Below are positions 50,331 to 61,403 of a DNA stretch of 64,000 nucleotides, one piece after another. Source of the DNA: Convolutriloba macropyga. Its lineage: Eukaryota. Both the position numbers and the translations under genes were made by a program. The stretch spans positions 13,330,001-13,394,000 of the forward strand of contig NC_134474.1 of NCBI RefSeq assembly GCF_964194025.1. Direction: 5' to 3'. The notes below the pieces were generated by a model. It saw nothing but the letters and a program-made list of their open reading frames with translations, searched no databases and was not told where the DNA came from. Positions within the stretch are counted from its first letter, which is position 1. Every line of letters begins with the position of its first letter.

Positions 50331-50703
50331 GACTTCAGCGGAGTCACGTAACCCAGCTTAAAACAAAATTGGCAGGTTTGAATATGTGGAAAGCCCAGGG
50401 AAGTGACCTGAGACTGGATACTATTAAGTTTTCTATGAGTCGACAGAAAATCGATAATTTTTGGTTGCTCTAAACTTGAAAAAGGACCAAATTGCTTCCT
50501 TTAAAATTTTTGCCAGCGTTCTGTATAAAACCCTTAGTCGAGTTCCACGTGAAATCTCTTCAATTGGAGCATGCCTCCATTGTTTTTTTGAAGTTCTTGC
50601 ATAGTAACTGTCAGTTTGAGTTTTTTTTATCGAGATGACCAGATTTAACGTTTACTTTTGGTAACGCGTAAATATAGTTCGGCAACGCCCTCGATTTGCT
50701 TTG

Positions 50704-50807
50704 AGAAAAGTTGGGTCTTTCTAATTATACCCTCCCCCCCCCCCCCCCCCCAATATAGTCCCCCCATTAAACGGGGGGACGCTATAATGTGAAAGACCCC
50801 CTTTTCT
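50704..50807. repeat. Short palindromic MITE-like element
   Basis: 'agaaaag..gggtctttc..attata' and 'tataat..gaaagaccc..cttttct' arms around an inner 'gtcccccc/ggggggac' stem and a poly-C run. Confidence 0.55.
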
Positions 50808-50928
50808 GTTGACGCCTTCTGCATCCTGAAGCAGCTTGGCAGCGTGAGGCATTGTTCTCGCAATAAATAGTGGTTTATCTTCCACAAGCAGAAACATAGA
50901 AGGTGAAACTGAATCAATTTCAGAGTTA

Positions 50929-51996
50929 ATGAATAGGGAGTTTCAGCCAACCTGCGATGGCTATGGCAATAACCATCGTTATAGTAACGGAAAGTTTTTC
51001 AATCCCTGGTCTCGTGAAGCTAAAGGCCTGGGTTTCACAGGCATTACATGGGAATTTCTGAAGTATATGCGCATGCATAAGAATCCCGACACATTGGCAC
51101 CAGGTGAAGAAAATTTATCCGAACAAGAATTTTTGGACAAACGGCTTCCAGTCTTAAATTTTGATGGCAGAACTGCAGAGAATGCCAAGGCGCCAGATAA
51201 AGGAATGCGATGCGTATGGCTTGGTCATGCATCGTGCTTAGTTCAGTTTGACAATATATCAATTTTGGCTGATCCCCTATTCAGCGACCACTGTGCTCCG
51301 TTTCAGTTTAAAACAATGCCTAAAAGGCTTCGAAAAGTTCCATGTACAGTTGAGGAGTTGCCACCTATTGATATTGTGGTTATAAGTCATAACCATTATG
51401 ACCATTTGGACTATCATTCCGTCAAAGCATTAAACGAATCACAGGGTTCCAGAGTTAGTTGGTTTGTCGGCCTTGGTTTGAAAAAATGGTTTAAAGATAT
51501 GGGAATTGAAAACGTTTATGAACTGGATTGGTGGGAGGAGCATAAACTTAACGAAAATATCACGGTAGTTTTCACTCCTACGCAACATTGGTCAAAGCGA
51601 ACGCCGTTTGATACCAACTGGACTTTGTGGGGAAGCTGGTTGGTTAGAAGTGCTAATTATAAATTTTTATTTCTCGGCGATACAGGATACTGTCAAACGT
51701 TTAAAACAATCGGTGATAAGTTTGGACCAATAGACTTAGCCGCTATCCCGATCGGAGCTTATCACCCTAGAAAGTTTCTAGAATTACAGCACGTAGATCC
51801 AAAGCAAGCGGTGCAAATACACAAGGACGTGCAAGCAAAGAAGAGTATTGGAATACACTGGGGAACTTTTACTCTGGGTCGCGAAGCCCATATGCAACCA
51901 AAGGATGATCTAGCTAGAGAAGTTAGAGCAGCTAATTTGACAAATGAAGATTTCTTCACTACTAATATCGGCGAATGTGTTCATTTATTTACGTAA
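50929..51996 (+). CDS. NAPEPLD: N-acyl-phosphatidylethanolamine-hydrolysing phospholipase D (metallo-beta-lactamase fold)
   Basis: Intact 355-aa ORF with 'FFNPW', 'WLGHAS', 'DPLFS', 'SHNHYDHLD' (HxHxDH), 'ELDWW', 'QHWSKR', 'LWGSW', 'GDTGY', 'PIGAY', 'HVDP', 'IHWGTF'. The frame is open from 50848, so the true start may be upstream. Confidence 0.93.
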   Translation: MNREFQPTCDGYGNNHRYSNGKFFNPWSREAKGLGFTGITWEFLKYMRMHKNPDTLAPGEENLSEQEFLDKRLPVLNFDGRTAENAKAPDKGMRCVWLGHASCLVQFDNISILADPLFSDHCAPFQFKTMPKRLRKVPCTVEELPPIDIVVISHNHYDHLDYHSVKALNESQGSRVSWFVGLGLKKWFKDMGIENVYELDWWEEHKLNENITVVFTPTQHWSKRTPFDTNWTLWGSWLVRSANYKFLFLGDTGYCQTFKTIGDKFGPIDLAAIPIGAYHPRKFLELQHVDPKQAVQIHKDVQAKKSIGIHWGTFTLGREAHMQPKDDLAREVRAANLTNEDFFTTNIGECVHLFT

Positions 51997-53224
51997 TTTT
52001 ACGTAATACTTGTTTCCACGCTAAATCATATTAATTTGAAATTGGTGCTGTGAATAATCTGATCCATTTTACTAAGGATATCTTGGCTAATTGTTTGATA
52101 CCTAATTTTTGAGGTACCTAATTTTCGACTTGATTAATTTTAGTACGTAAAATGATACGTAAGCTTTGACTTGTTTAATTTTATTACAAATTATAGCACT
52201 CATTCAAATTCAGTACAATCAACGCTTGCGAAGCTCGTCCAAACCAATTTTGATTTTGACTAGAACAAAGAAATCCATATGTGAAAAGAACTTTGTTTAG
52301 AGCTGTGAGACTGGGAAATTTAGTTCAAACTTGTACGAGTCTCAATATTGTTATGGACTCCTGTCTTTTTAAAAGCAAACTTAAAACTCTTTCACTTGCT
52401 TTTATTAATGAAAAATTTGATAGTAATCATTTTAGTTGTTTATTCTGATTTCCTTTGATATATAATGCCTCATGAAGCAATTAGTTCTTTTTACTACTAC
52501 TACTCTTTACCCTCAATGTTTTAAAATTCTGAATTCGTTAGCGGGAATCTATATTCTTGAGAGATAGGTTATATTTATAAAATTATGTGTAATAAGTTGA
52601 CACAAATTAAGGCTTCTTCTCTAAAAGCGCGTAACCTTGCCGTACCAGCATCTTGAACTACATACTTTTATGCGTCAAATTGACAATAAAACAAAGATTG
52701 TGCGCTAGAACAGATATGGTGAAAAATGTGTCTTTCAGTGTTGTCCAAAAATGACTGAAAGTTTGAATTAATTAAACCTTTGGATGAAAGAAATGTGAAA
52801 TGTCGTTGCAACCAGTAATGTCACAACGGAGAAGAACACTGGCACCTCTGGAAACCAGTTTTCTGGAAAAGAAAAAAGCCCGCCGAACTCAAAGGTTTAA
52901 CGCCTTCCTGAAATCGGTAGGTCAGCGAGGTTTTTCAGCAAGTCGAAATTAACGCTTAGTTGATCGTATATATATATATATATGCGTCGCTGTGCATTTG
53001 CCGGAGCGTATAATAAAACCATTGTAGAAGAGGTGCGGTCTTAAACCATTTTTTTAAATCAATTCTCAGCTGCACTTCGCATATGCCCTTGATCTTGACT
53101 ACTGTAAGATTTTATTAATTGCTCTCAAACGAAATTTGTAGCAATTACATTAGTCCTGTTAGTCCTTCTTTTTTAATGCGATTTTTCGTCTGACGCATTT
53201 GACTTTTCGTCCTTAAAAACGAGA

Positions 53225-54090
53225 TAAACAGGTAGCGCCCAGCGGGCATTAAGGTTCATTAGAGGCCCTTAACCGCGTTTAGCAGTCCTTCAAGTGCTTA
53301 GTGTGATGAAGTTACCGGGAAGGCCGTAGTTTAAAGTTAAAAGGTCACTTTTGGGAGCTTTGAGCCCAAAATGTTGCAATTTTTTGTGTTTTTTGTCATT
53401 TTTCGATTTTGTTGGACCAGTCTAAAATTGAGTTCGGTTTAAGTTGATAATGGCAAGACATCAGTACTTTTTATGACCATTTTAAGAGCTATATGTTTTG
53501 GTACTTTAAGCAAAAACACGCAATTTTATACTAATTTTCACAATAGTCTCTAGTGGTAATGGAATGGCTTTCAACATTTTAACATCATGAATTTTTAGCA
53601 TTTTTTGACAAAATTTGCAATTTTTTTTTCATTTTTTTGACATTTATCATTTTGAAAAAACCCCTGAGGTAAACATAATAAGTTACAGGAAAATCTTTAT
53701 TGGTCATGCAATTGTTTTCGATTTTCAATATCACAAATTTTATCTTTATGTTTTTCAACTTGCATTTAAGATTTTTGAGAATTTTTGTGATTTGTTGGGT
53801 TTTTCCGGCCTCAAGAGCCACGGAACATAATCTAGGGTTTGATAATAGGTTACTGCATAGTTTTCAGATGTAATGAAATGTTTTTCAAGATTTAAAAATA
53901 ACGAATTTAAGCTTTTTTAAAATAAAAATATTTTCAGTTTTTTCAGGTTTTTGAATATTTTAATTTTTTTCCGGCAGCAGGGGCCCAGGTACGAGTTTAA
54001 CGATCATTACTGGCCAACGAAACTTTTTAAGTCTTGCAGATGGTTTACATGACTTTTTCCATAGACAAGAATGGTTTTCAACAAATTTTT
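53225..54090 (+). repeat. Dispersed repeat family A, copy 1
   Basis: 'taaacaggta..cagcgggcattaaggttcattagaggcc...gtccttcaagt' is colinear with 57721-58640. Confidence 0.7.
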
Positions 54091-54394
54091 CACTGCGAAA
54101 TGTGGAAGCTTATTTGAATTTTGCACTTTCAGTTTCTTTTCTATATGATTTAATTACTAACGAGGCGAGAAAACTAGAAGTTGCAGGGTCGAATTTCATC
54201 ATGCAAAATATTCCTAGAGCTCTTACTCTCCTCTGTCGTTTGGGGTTTCTCTCCTCTCTCTCGTTCAGGTTTTATCTCGCACAATCTATCTTTCTCTCTT
54301 TCCTTAACTCTTTTCGTTATGCCGCACTTCAGCGGCTGTTATGTGTCGTGGTGTTATCATCTATTAACTTGACCTCACGGCCCTTCAATTAAGC

Positions 54395-54470
54395 TAAAGC
54401 TAGCCTCACTAAACCGTGACTAGGTACTGAGAAGCCAACCGCACGACGGTCGTTTGAGAGGAATTCGCCC
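54395..54470 (+). repeat. Short dispersed repeat B (second copy at 56287-56365)
   Basis: 'taaagctagcctc(a/c)ctaa...ttgagag(g/c)aattcgcc' occurs at both sites. Confidence 0.55.
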
Positions 54471-55144
54471 GATGTTAGTTGGTTATGTTATATCAATCAT
54501 ATTAGAGTTATTCGAGGGACGCGTCTGAAAAGCAGACTTAAGTGCTAATCAAGCTGAGAAACCATGGACTTTCTGTGTTTTTAGGCCGTAATTTACTGTT
54601 TTTTGAGACTACAGTTTTACGAAGCTATGGAAGTTACTTTGTACAACCATACGAGCGGTGCTTAATTGCGCTCAAACGGAATTCGTTGCAATTATGTTAG
54701 CCTTGTTTGTTTCTTTTATTACGAGCCGCAAAGCGATAGCTGGGGCGCTTATAGGCCTTCTCTTAATTTTTTCACAATACAGAAATTTGAGTTGTATTGG
54801 GGCGCTGTTTTTTATGGGAGCGAATTTTTTTGCTTTAATTTTAGGTAGAGTGAGAATGGCGTCAGAACAAGAAGTTTTTTTTTGTCTAGCGGTTTTTTTT
54901 CACGTGCGGCTTTTTGAAAATAATTGCTCTCGAATGAGAGGCATTTTTTGTAAACATGTGTCTTTTTTATGCAAAATTTTTTTCGCTTGACCGTATTGTG
55001 CTTTTCTAGAATGATCTTTGACTTCTCAAGTTTACTTTTTCACGCACTTCTTGATTTTTGAGTGGTTTCAATTGCTCTTACTCCGAAATAAAGTTTGTTG
55101 TTCTATCAAAACCGATTGTTAGAGAGGCGGTGACAAGGACTTGA

Positions 55145-55225
55145 TAGCCGATTGGTTTATAACTCTCCTGATAGCCGAGGTGACGGAATCGTACTCAGGA
55201 GGTCGGGGTTCGAATCCTACCTACA
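55145..55225 (+). mobile_element. tRNA-derived SINE-like head (Pol III A/B boxes)
   Basis: A-box-like 'tagccgattgg' (55145) and 'tagccgagg' (55172); B box 'ggttcgaatcc' (55207-55217); no full cloverleaf. Confidence 0.5.
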
Positions 55226-57720
55226 ATGATGTTTTTGCACCCATAAAGAATAATTTAGCTATTCAGTGAATCAAATTGCGCTGCCCGTCATTCGAGAGCA
55301 ATTTTTCCGACGTTGGTCAGTTTGTTTTTTTTATTGTTTTTTCGATTTCTAGTCTGGTTTTCTGAAGGGCTTTCCAGTCTTTTCTTATTCCGTTCTTGGT
55401 CTTGTTTTTTGTTTAGTCTATGAAAATTCTTTGAAATGTGCCGCTAATTGTCCTGCTGGTTTTTTATTTTGTCTTCAAGACTTTTGTTGCGAGCATATGA
55501 ATATAGCATCACTCTCTTCAAATCTGCTTTTTGTTCATCCGTTTGAACAATTTCAACTGAATTGCGTGCTTGACGTCATTTTGCATTTCAGTGGAGCTAG
55601 TTCTTTGATAATGCGTGTGATTGAGTCTTTGGTCATACGTGACTTACCTCACTGTCAAAATTGACCTCCTCACTCTAAAATTGACTCTTCTTTACTTAAA
55701 TTCGGTTAAGTGTATGTCACTCTAATTGAAGGTTATTTGAGAGCAGCCTTTAATCAAAATATGCCATCTCAGCATTTATCAAAAAGAAATTTCTTTTTGG
55801 CTTAAGACCGCTGATCTACAAAGCTTTTGCGGCTATTTTCTGACAATCTGCCAGCTATGTTGCATATTTCTTGTACTCTCGACCTTACGTCTGATCATGT
55901 ATTTTTTCGTTTGAGATTTTGATACCTCTAAGATACCTTTAAAGTTTACCTGCTAACATTCCATTCATTGAACAGGTTAATAGTTTCGGGTTATTGATTC
56001 AGGTTACAATACATGTAGATTTTAATAAATATAAGTAATTAGTCTTAATCGATTTTTAATTATTCGTTTTAAAATCTTTGACTGCGAATATTGAAGTGTT
56101 AGTTTCTAACAATTATATTAGTCCCGTAGTCTTTCTGTAATTCGATTTTTTGTCCTTTTTGACATCCTCTTTCTACACTGCGCGCCCTCCCCCAATTAAT
56201 CCCTGCCCCTTTTGTGCCTCCACTTCATTGTACAACCCCGTACGCTCAACCCCCCCCCCTCTGGGACGCCCATCCTTCCCCCTGAGTAAAGCTAGCCTCC
56301 CTAAGCGTCAGCCAACTACTGTCAAAGCCCAACAATCGCCAGCCGCTTGAGAGCAATTCGCCGACGCTAGACAGTTGTGTTAATGGACTTTTTGCTTTGA
56401 TTTTAAAGCGTTGGTTAAATAAAACTTGATTTAAAGCAGAGGTATGACGTAGGAAACCTTCGATAGTTCAAAAAGCTGTGAACAATAATTTGACAAATGT
56501 TTTTTTTGTAGATTCAGCATAGTTTTAAGCAAAAACTTAAACTGTGCAATTATTTTTTGATATCCTTCGGTAAACCAGTTTTTTTAAGTTTCCCTAACAG
56601 AAATCTCTTATTACCAACATCAAGAGAAATCGAAAACTTTGGATCTTCAGAGAAGAAATAAATTTGAGTAAGTTGGATGATAAAGGCTTAACAAATGTCA
56701 AGGCAATCAATTTTAGAATTTTTCGTCAACTCACATTTGGCAACCAAGCTGAAGAGATTTTTATGAATAGGTCACTATGAAAGTGAGAAAATCGGGCAGG
56801 CACTCTTCGAGAACCGTGTTGCGGTTTATGCGCATGTTTTGAAATCAATTCTTGATTGAATCACGCGTTTTTGTACTTTTGGCCACGTTGGGGGAAGGGG
56901 GGCCTGTACTCGTTAGCGACTTTGTTTTCCTCATGTTCAGGTGAATGTCAGGTGCGAGGAGTTGGGGCGTACGCCTCAGCAAAAGCCACAGGTGGTGATG
57001 AGGTACGAGCCCAGGCTGAGTGGATGGGCTCCCTCTCCCAGATGGAAAACCCACGACAGACAGAATGACGCCATACAATCAGTAATTAATTATTCAACTC
57101 TAGATAATTACTTTTCTGGCATTGTTTGTGGTAGAATTGCCCCCGTCAATTTCGGAGGGTTATCTTTTGTGATCTGGCGAGACAGCATATAATGAAAGCT
57201 GGCCTTTTCGAGCCTTTACTCCACTTTGGGTTCACACATGCACATTCTCAAAAACAATTTAAAAACATTTTTAGCTGAAAAATTTTGGGCTGATTTTCGT
57301 TATTTGTTTTTGCAAGAATCGAGTTTGAGAGAAAATTTATAACTACGAATATACATACTAAATCAGTGAAAAACTAATTATTTTAAGTAAATATAATTTT
57401 CAGCGTTGTTTTTCCCCCGATCAAAAGTTTCCTGGGCAGCCGATTTAAGTCAATCAGAAAATCAGCAAGTCATTAATTCGGTTTTGGTCATTCAGAAATT
57501 ATACCGATAATTAATTCACGGTAGTTTACTAGTGAAAGTCTAATGAAAAGTGAATCGAAATTGGGAATTCAGTCAACATTGTATATTTAATAGCCGCGAA
57601 GTGATATCGGCTATTTATTATTGGGGACATCGTAGTTTTTTATAATCCAAAGAATTTGTATTGTATTGGTGCGCTGTGTTTTCACACATTTTCCAATGAC
57701 TTTGATCTTTCTAAACAGGA

Positions 57721-58640
57721 TAAACAGGTAAAGACCAGTGGGCAATAAGCTTCATTACAGGCCCAAAGTGGGCGTTAGTAGTCCTTCAAGTACTTAGAGT
57801 GGTTCATCTGCTGGTTAGGCCTTAATTTAAGGTTAAAAAGTCATTTTAGGAGTTTTTGAGCTCAAAATGGTGCAATTGTTCGTTTTTCAAAAAAAAATTT
57901 TTGAGTGTTTTGTTGAATTAGTCTTAGGTTTAAGTTTTAAAAGTCGATGAAGGTATTTTGCGTGACAAAATTACTTGTTATACCATTGCCACTCAGGGGC
58001 CAGGGAATCTCCTTTAAGGTTTAATAGTAGCGAACTGCTTAGTTTTTAGTAACAATCGGATGTCTTCCAAATTTTGATATCTCGAATTTTAGCATTTTTT
58101 GATGAAATCTTCATTTTTTTTCAAGTTTTCCTTAAAATTTTTGTCGATTTTTGATTTTTGTCCAGCATCAAGGGCCAAAAACCTTTTCCACGGTCTGACT
58201 TTTGTCTTTTATCAAATTTTTCTTACCTCAATAGCCAGGTAAACTCCCCCAGGTTATGGTAGTACGTTTTTTCATAGTTGCTCGGGGAAATGGATTGGTT
58301 TTAACATTTTAATAGGACGAAGTTCTTTTTTTGATAAAGATTGTAATTTGTTCTAATAATTCTTGTCTTTTAACTAGTTTATCGATCTTCATGAGGCAAT
58401 AATTTTTTAAGGCTTGTAATTGGGTCACTGGATAAACTCCAGAGACGCAGAAATAGTTCTGAAGATATCAATATTACGATTTTCAGCAACATTTCATTAA
58501 AATTTGCAGGTGGTTGGAATTTTGAATTTTTCTGTCACTTTCTGTTTGTCGATCTTCAAGGGCCAATTAATTTTTTCAGGTCTTGCAGATAAAACACTGG
58601 ACCGATTTCAGAGACAAAAATTGGTTTTGAACATATTTTG
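57721..58640 (+). repeat. Dispersed repeat family A, copy 2
   Basis: Diverged match to 53225-54090. Confidence 0.7.
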
Positions 58641-58994
58641 AAATAAGTATCTATTTTATAAAGATCAAATTTCGCCTTCGGGGTCCAAGGTTCCCTAGTT
58701 TTAGCAATGCGTATATTTTTGTTTAGTTTGTTTGATTAATTGATTTAGTTTCTCAAATTTTTTGATGATTTTGTTTGTGTTTTGGTTGGCACTGTTCAAT
58801 TGATCTGCTGGCCAGGGAGAGTACTTCTAAGTATTTCATTCATTTCTTTGCATTGTATTTCAGGACTTGTCCTGCTATGGTTTTTTTTAATTCGTTGATG
58901 TAGCTGTTGCCCTAGAGCTGAAATTCGCAGGTATTTTTGGCTGTATATAGGCGCTTATTGCTTGTTTTTAACTGGTAACCTAGTTGCTCTTGTT

Positions 58995-59580
58995 TAATAA
59001 TAATAATAGTAGTAGATGAACTAGCAGTAGTGTGTGACTGCCTATCCACAACTTGCTTGTGGTGCGGTGGCCTTTCTGCATCTACGCCATTGTGAATGAC
59101 ATGCGGTCCCCGGGCTAGATGAGCAGGAGGGGTATCATCAACATCAGGGGAAGGGGCAAGGAAGGCGAATTATTCTGTGCAGTGTGGTCGTGTAGGACAT
59201 TGATTAAGTCCAGACATTTAGCTAGCTCTATTCGACTTTCCCACATGTTAATCACTTTCAGGTCCGTGGTGTTCTTACTGCAGTTGAAAATGTGGTTTAC
59301 GTCATGTGGTGCTACATCACGTTTGGGGCAGCGGGTAGCAACATTGTCACAGATCTTACTTAAGAGTTTAGCAGGGGACAGTATTCAGCTCTGTTGTGCT
59401 AATCAGATACGTACAATTCGTGGCTGCATTTGTTCTTCTGCTATCTTTGGTGGAGGTGTACCTAGTTGCTTGCTGTCTTTATTAAACTGACTATGGACCG
59501 TGTGTCGATGGATGCTTTGGTTGCAGTTTTGTATTCTTTGCGGTTTAATTGCTCTTTATTGTTTGTGTGTTGTTTCACGC
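58995..59580 (-). mobile_element. 5'-truncated non-LTR retrotransposon (RTEX/I-like C-terminus)
   Basis: 'LGTPPPKIAEE...RCPKRDVAPHDVNHIFNC' (decayed CCHC knuckle) plus a (TAC)/(TAT)n tail at 58995-59015. Confidence 0.7.
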
Positions 59581-59669
59581 GGTCTCATAGGACGAAAACT
59601 GGTTGAAGAGGGTTTTTATGATCAGCACTATGGCTCTGATCACTGCCGGCTGGAAAAAATACAAAATGA

Positions 59670-60105
59670 AAAATAAAAAAATTACAAAAATAAAAAATAG
59701 AAAAACACGTGATCCAATAAAATGGCTTCAATAGCTGAACTGTCCAATAAAAGGTTAGAATAAGTGCTTGTAAATTAAGCACATTAGACTACTGCTTTTC
59801 TCTACTCCTCATTAATGGTTTCACGTGGACTCTCGGCTTCGTTTCTATGCCGTGGTCTAAAGTATGTTATAATACAGTCCAGGGCAGCCTAAAGCAGTAA
59901 GAGCTCAGGCGAAGGCATTGTCACTCGGTGCTGAGCTTTAATTGCCGAAGGAGTCGCACTGTTATATTCCAACTTGCGTTTACCCAAATTTTGTTTCTAT
60001 TTGATATAACTATAATATTTAAAAAACCTGATTCAGATCTATTCTTTTGTGTTGCTGTTCCTATTTGATTTAACTATATTTTGAAAAACCTGATATAGAG
60101 CTGCT
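59670..60105 (+). repeat. Direct repeat C, copy 1
   Basis: 'gtgcttgtaaattaagcacattagactactgcttttct' and following sequence match 60990-61403. Confidence 0.85.
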
Positions 60106-60989
60106 ATTTTTTTATTCGTCGTCTCCATTGATGATTCTTGCGAACTGACTTCTTTGAATTGAATTTTTCAATTTCAGTGATTTCTACTGCTTTGCAGTTA
60201 TTATGTGTGCGTGACGTCATTTGTTCTGCTTTTAGGTCAATTGCTTGACTTAGCTCACTCAAAAAAATGACTTCTGAACTCGATTAATGAAATTTGGAAT
60301 TTATGAACATTTACTAGTTAAAGGTCAATAGTGTGCATCTTAGTTGTGCCAAACGTATATGTTCTAATTCTGGATTATTAGAGTCTTGGGTTCTTATTTT
60401 GAATGTTGATTTTGAAAAAGCTCCATTATGGCGTTTTCCTTAAAGAGCGTATGTGTCTCATAAATCTGACAATCAGAATCTAACCAATAAGTCTTAGTGA
60501 TTATAAAAATTCTAATTAGTAATTTGTAATTTGACTTCTACCGCTAATTAGTTGAATTTCAGTTGTGATTTTTTTTGCTCAGCTCTTGTGATTCTGCGTG
60601 TATCGGTTTTGATTAGTGTGATAATACTTAACTGTGTTCATGTGGTGAATCATTGGCACTTGTGTCGTCTGTAGAACAAGTTTTTATCACGGTAAAATGA
60701 TTTTGAGGTAGCTTTAAATTTAATAAAAATATCGAGTATGAATCTGTTTGGTTTTCATTTGAAAGTTTTTTTCCGGGTTCATAGTTTTGGGTAGAATCAG
60801 ATTTCGGCTACGTCTATTTTGAGCATACGGTTATAATGCATGTTGATTTTAATAAATGTAACTTATTTTTAATCGAACTTTAATTTTTTAATTGTTTATA
60901 AAGCAATGTGCATTATTTTTCTACCCTTTTGCGTGTTATTTTCTACACTTACTGCGTCAGATTTTCGGTCACGTGCTGGGTTACTTTTT

Positions 60990-61403
60990 AAAAATAAAAA
61001 GAAAATAATTTTCAGAAATAAAAAATATGAAAATACGTGATCCAAAAACATGACTATTTAGTAGCTCAACTGGCCAATAATAGATTGAAATGTGTGCTTG
61101 TAAATTAAGCACATTAGACTACTGCTTTTCTATACTCCTAATTAATGGTTTCACATGGACTCTCGCTTCTTTTCTATTTATCAATAACTCGATACGTTGA
61201 AATGCCGTGGTCAAAAGTATTTGTTAGAATACAGTCCTGGGAAGCCTAAGGCAGTTAGAACTCAGCCGAAGGCTTTGCCAATCGGTGCTGAGCTTGAATT
61301 GCCGAAGGATTCGCATGGTTATATTCTAACTTATGTAGACCCAAATTTTGCTGTTTTTTTAAACTATAATATTTAATTTTAAAAACCTGATTTAGATCTG
61401 CTA
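60990..61403 (+). repeat. Direct repeat C, copy 2
   Basis: Colinear with 59670-60105, with a ~25-bp insertion. Confidence 0.85.

Noticed and set aside
43934-51996. Functional lipid-metabolism cluster of SGNH esterases plus NAPE-PLD
   Set aside because: The SGNH genes are disrupted parts of LINEs; adjacency is most simply coincidental.
50929-51996. Bacterial contamination or HGT of the intronless MBL gene
   Set aside because: Motifs match eukaryotic NAPE-PLD, flanks are animal transposons and there is no operon context; only a phylogeny could reopen this.
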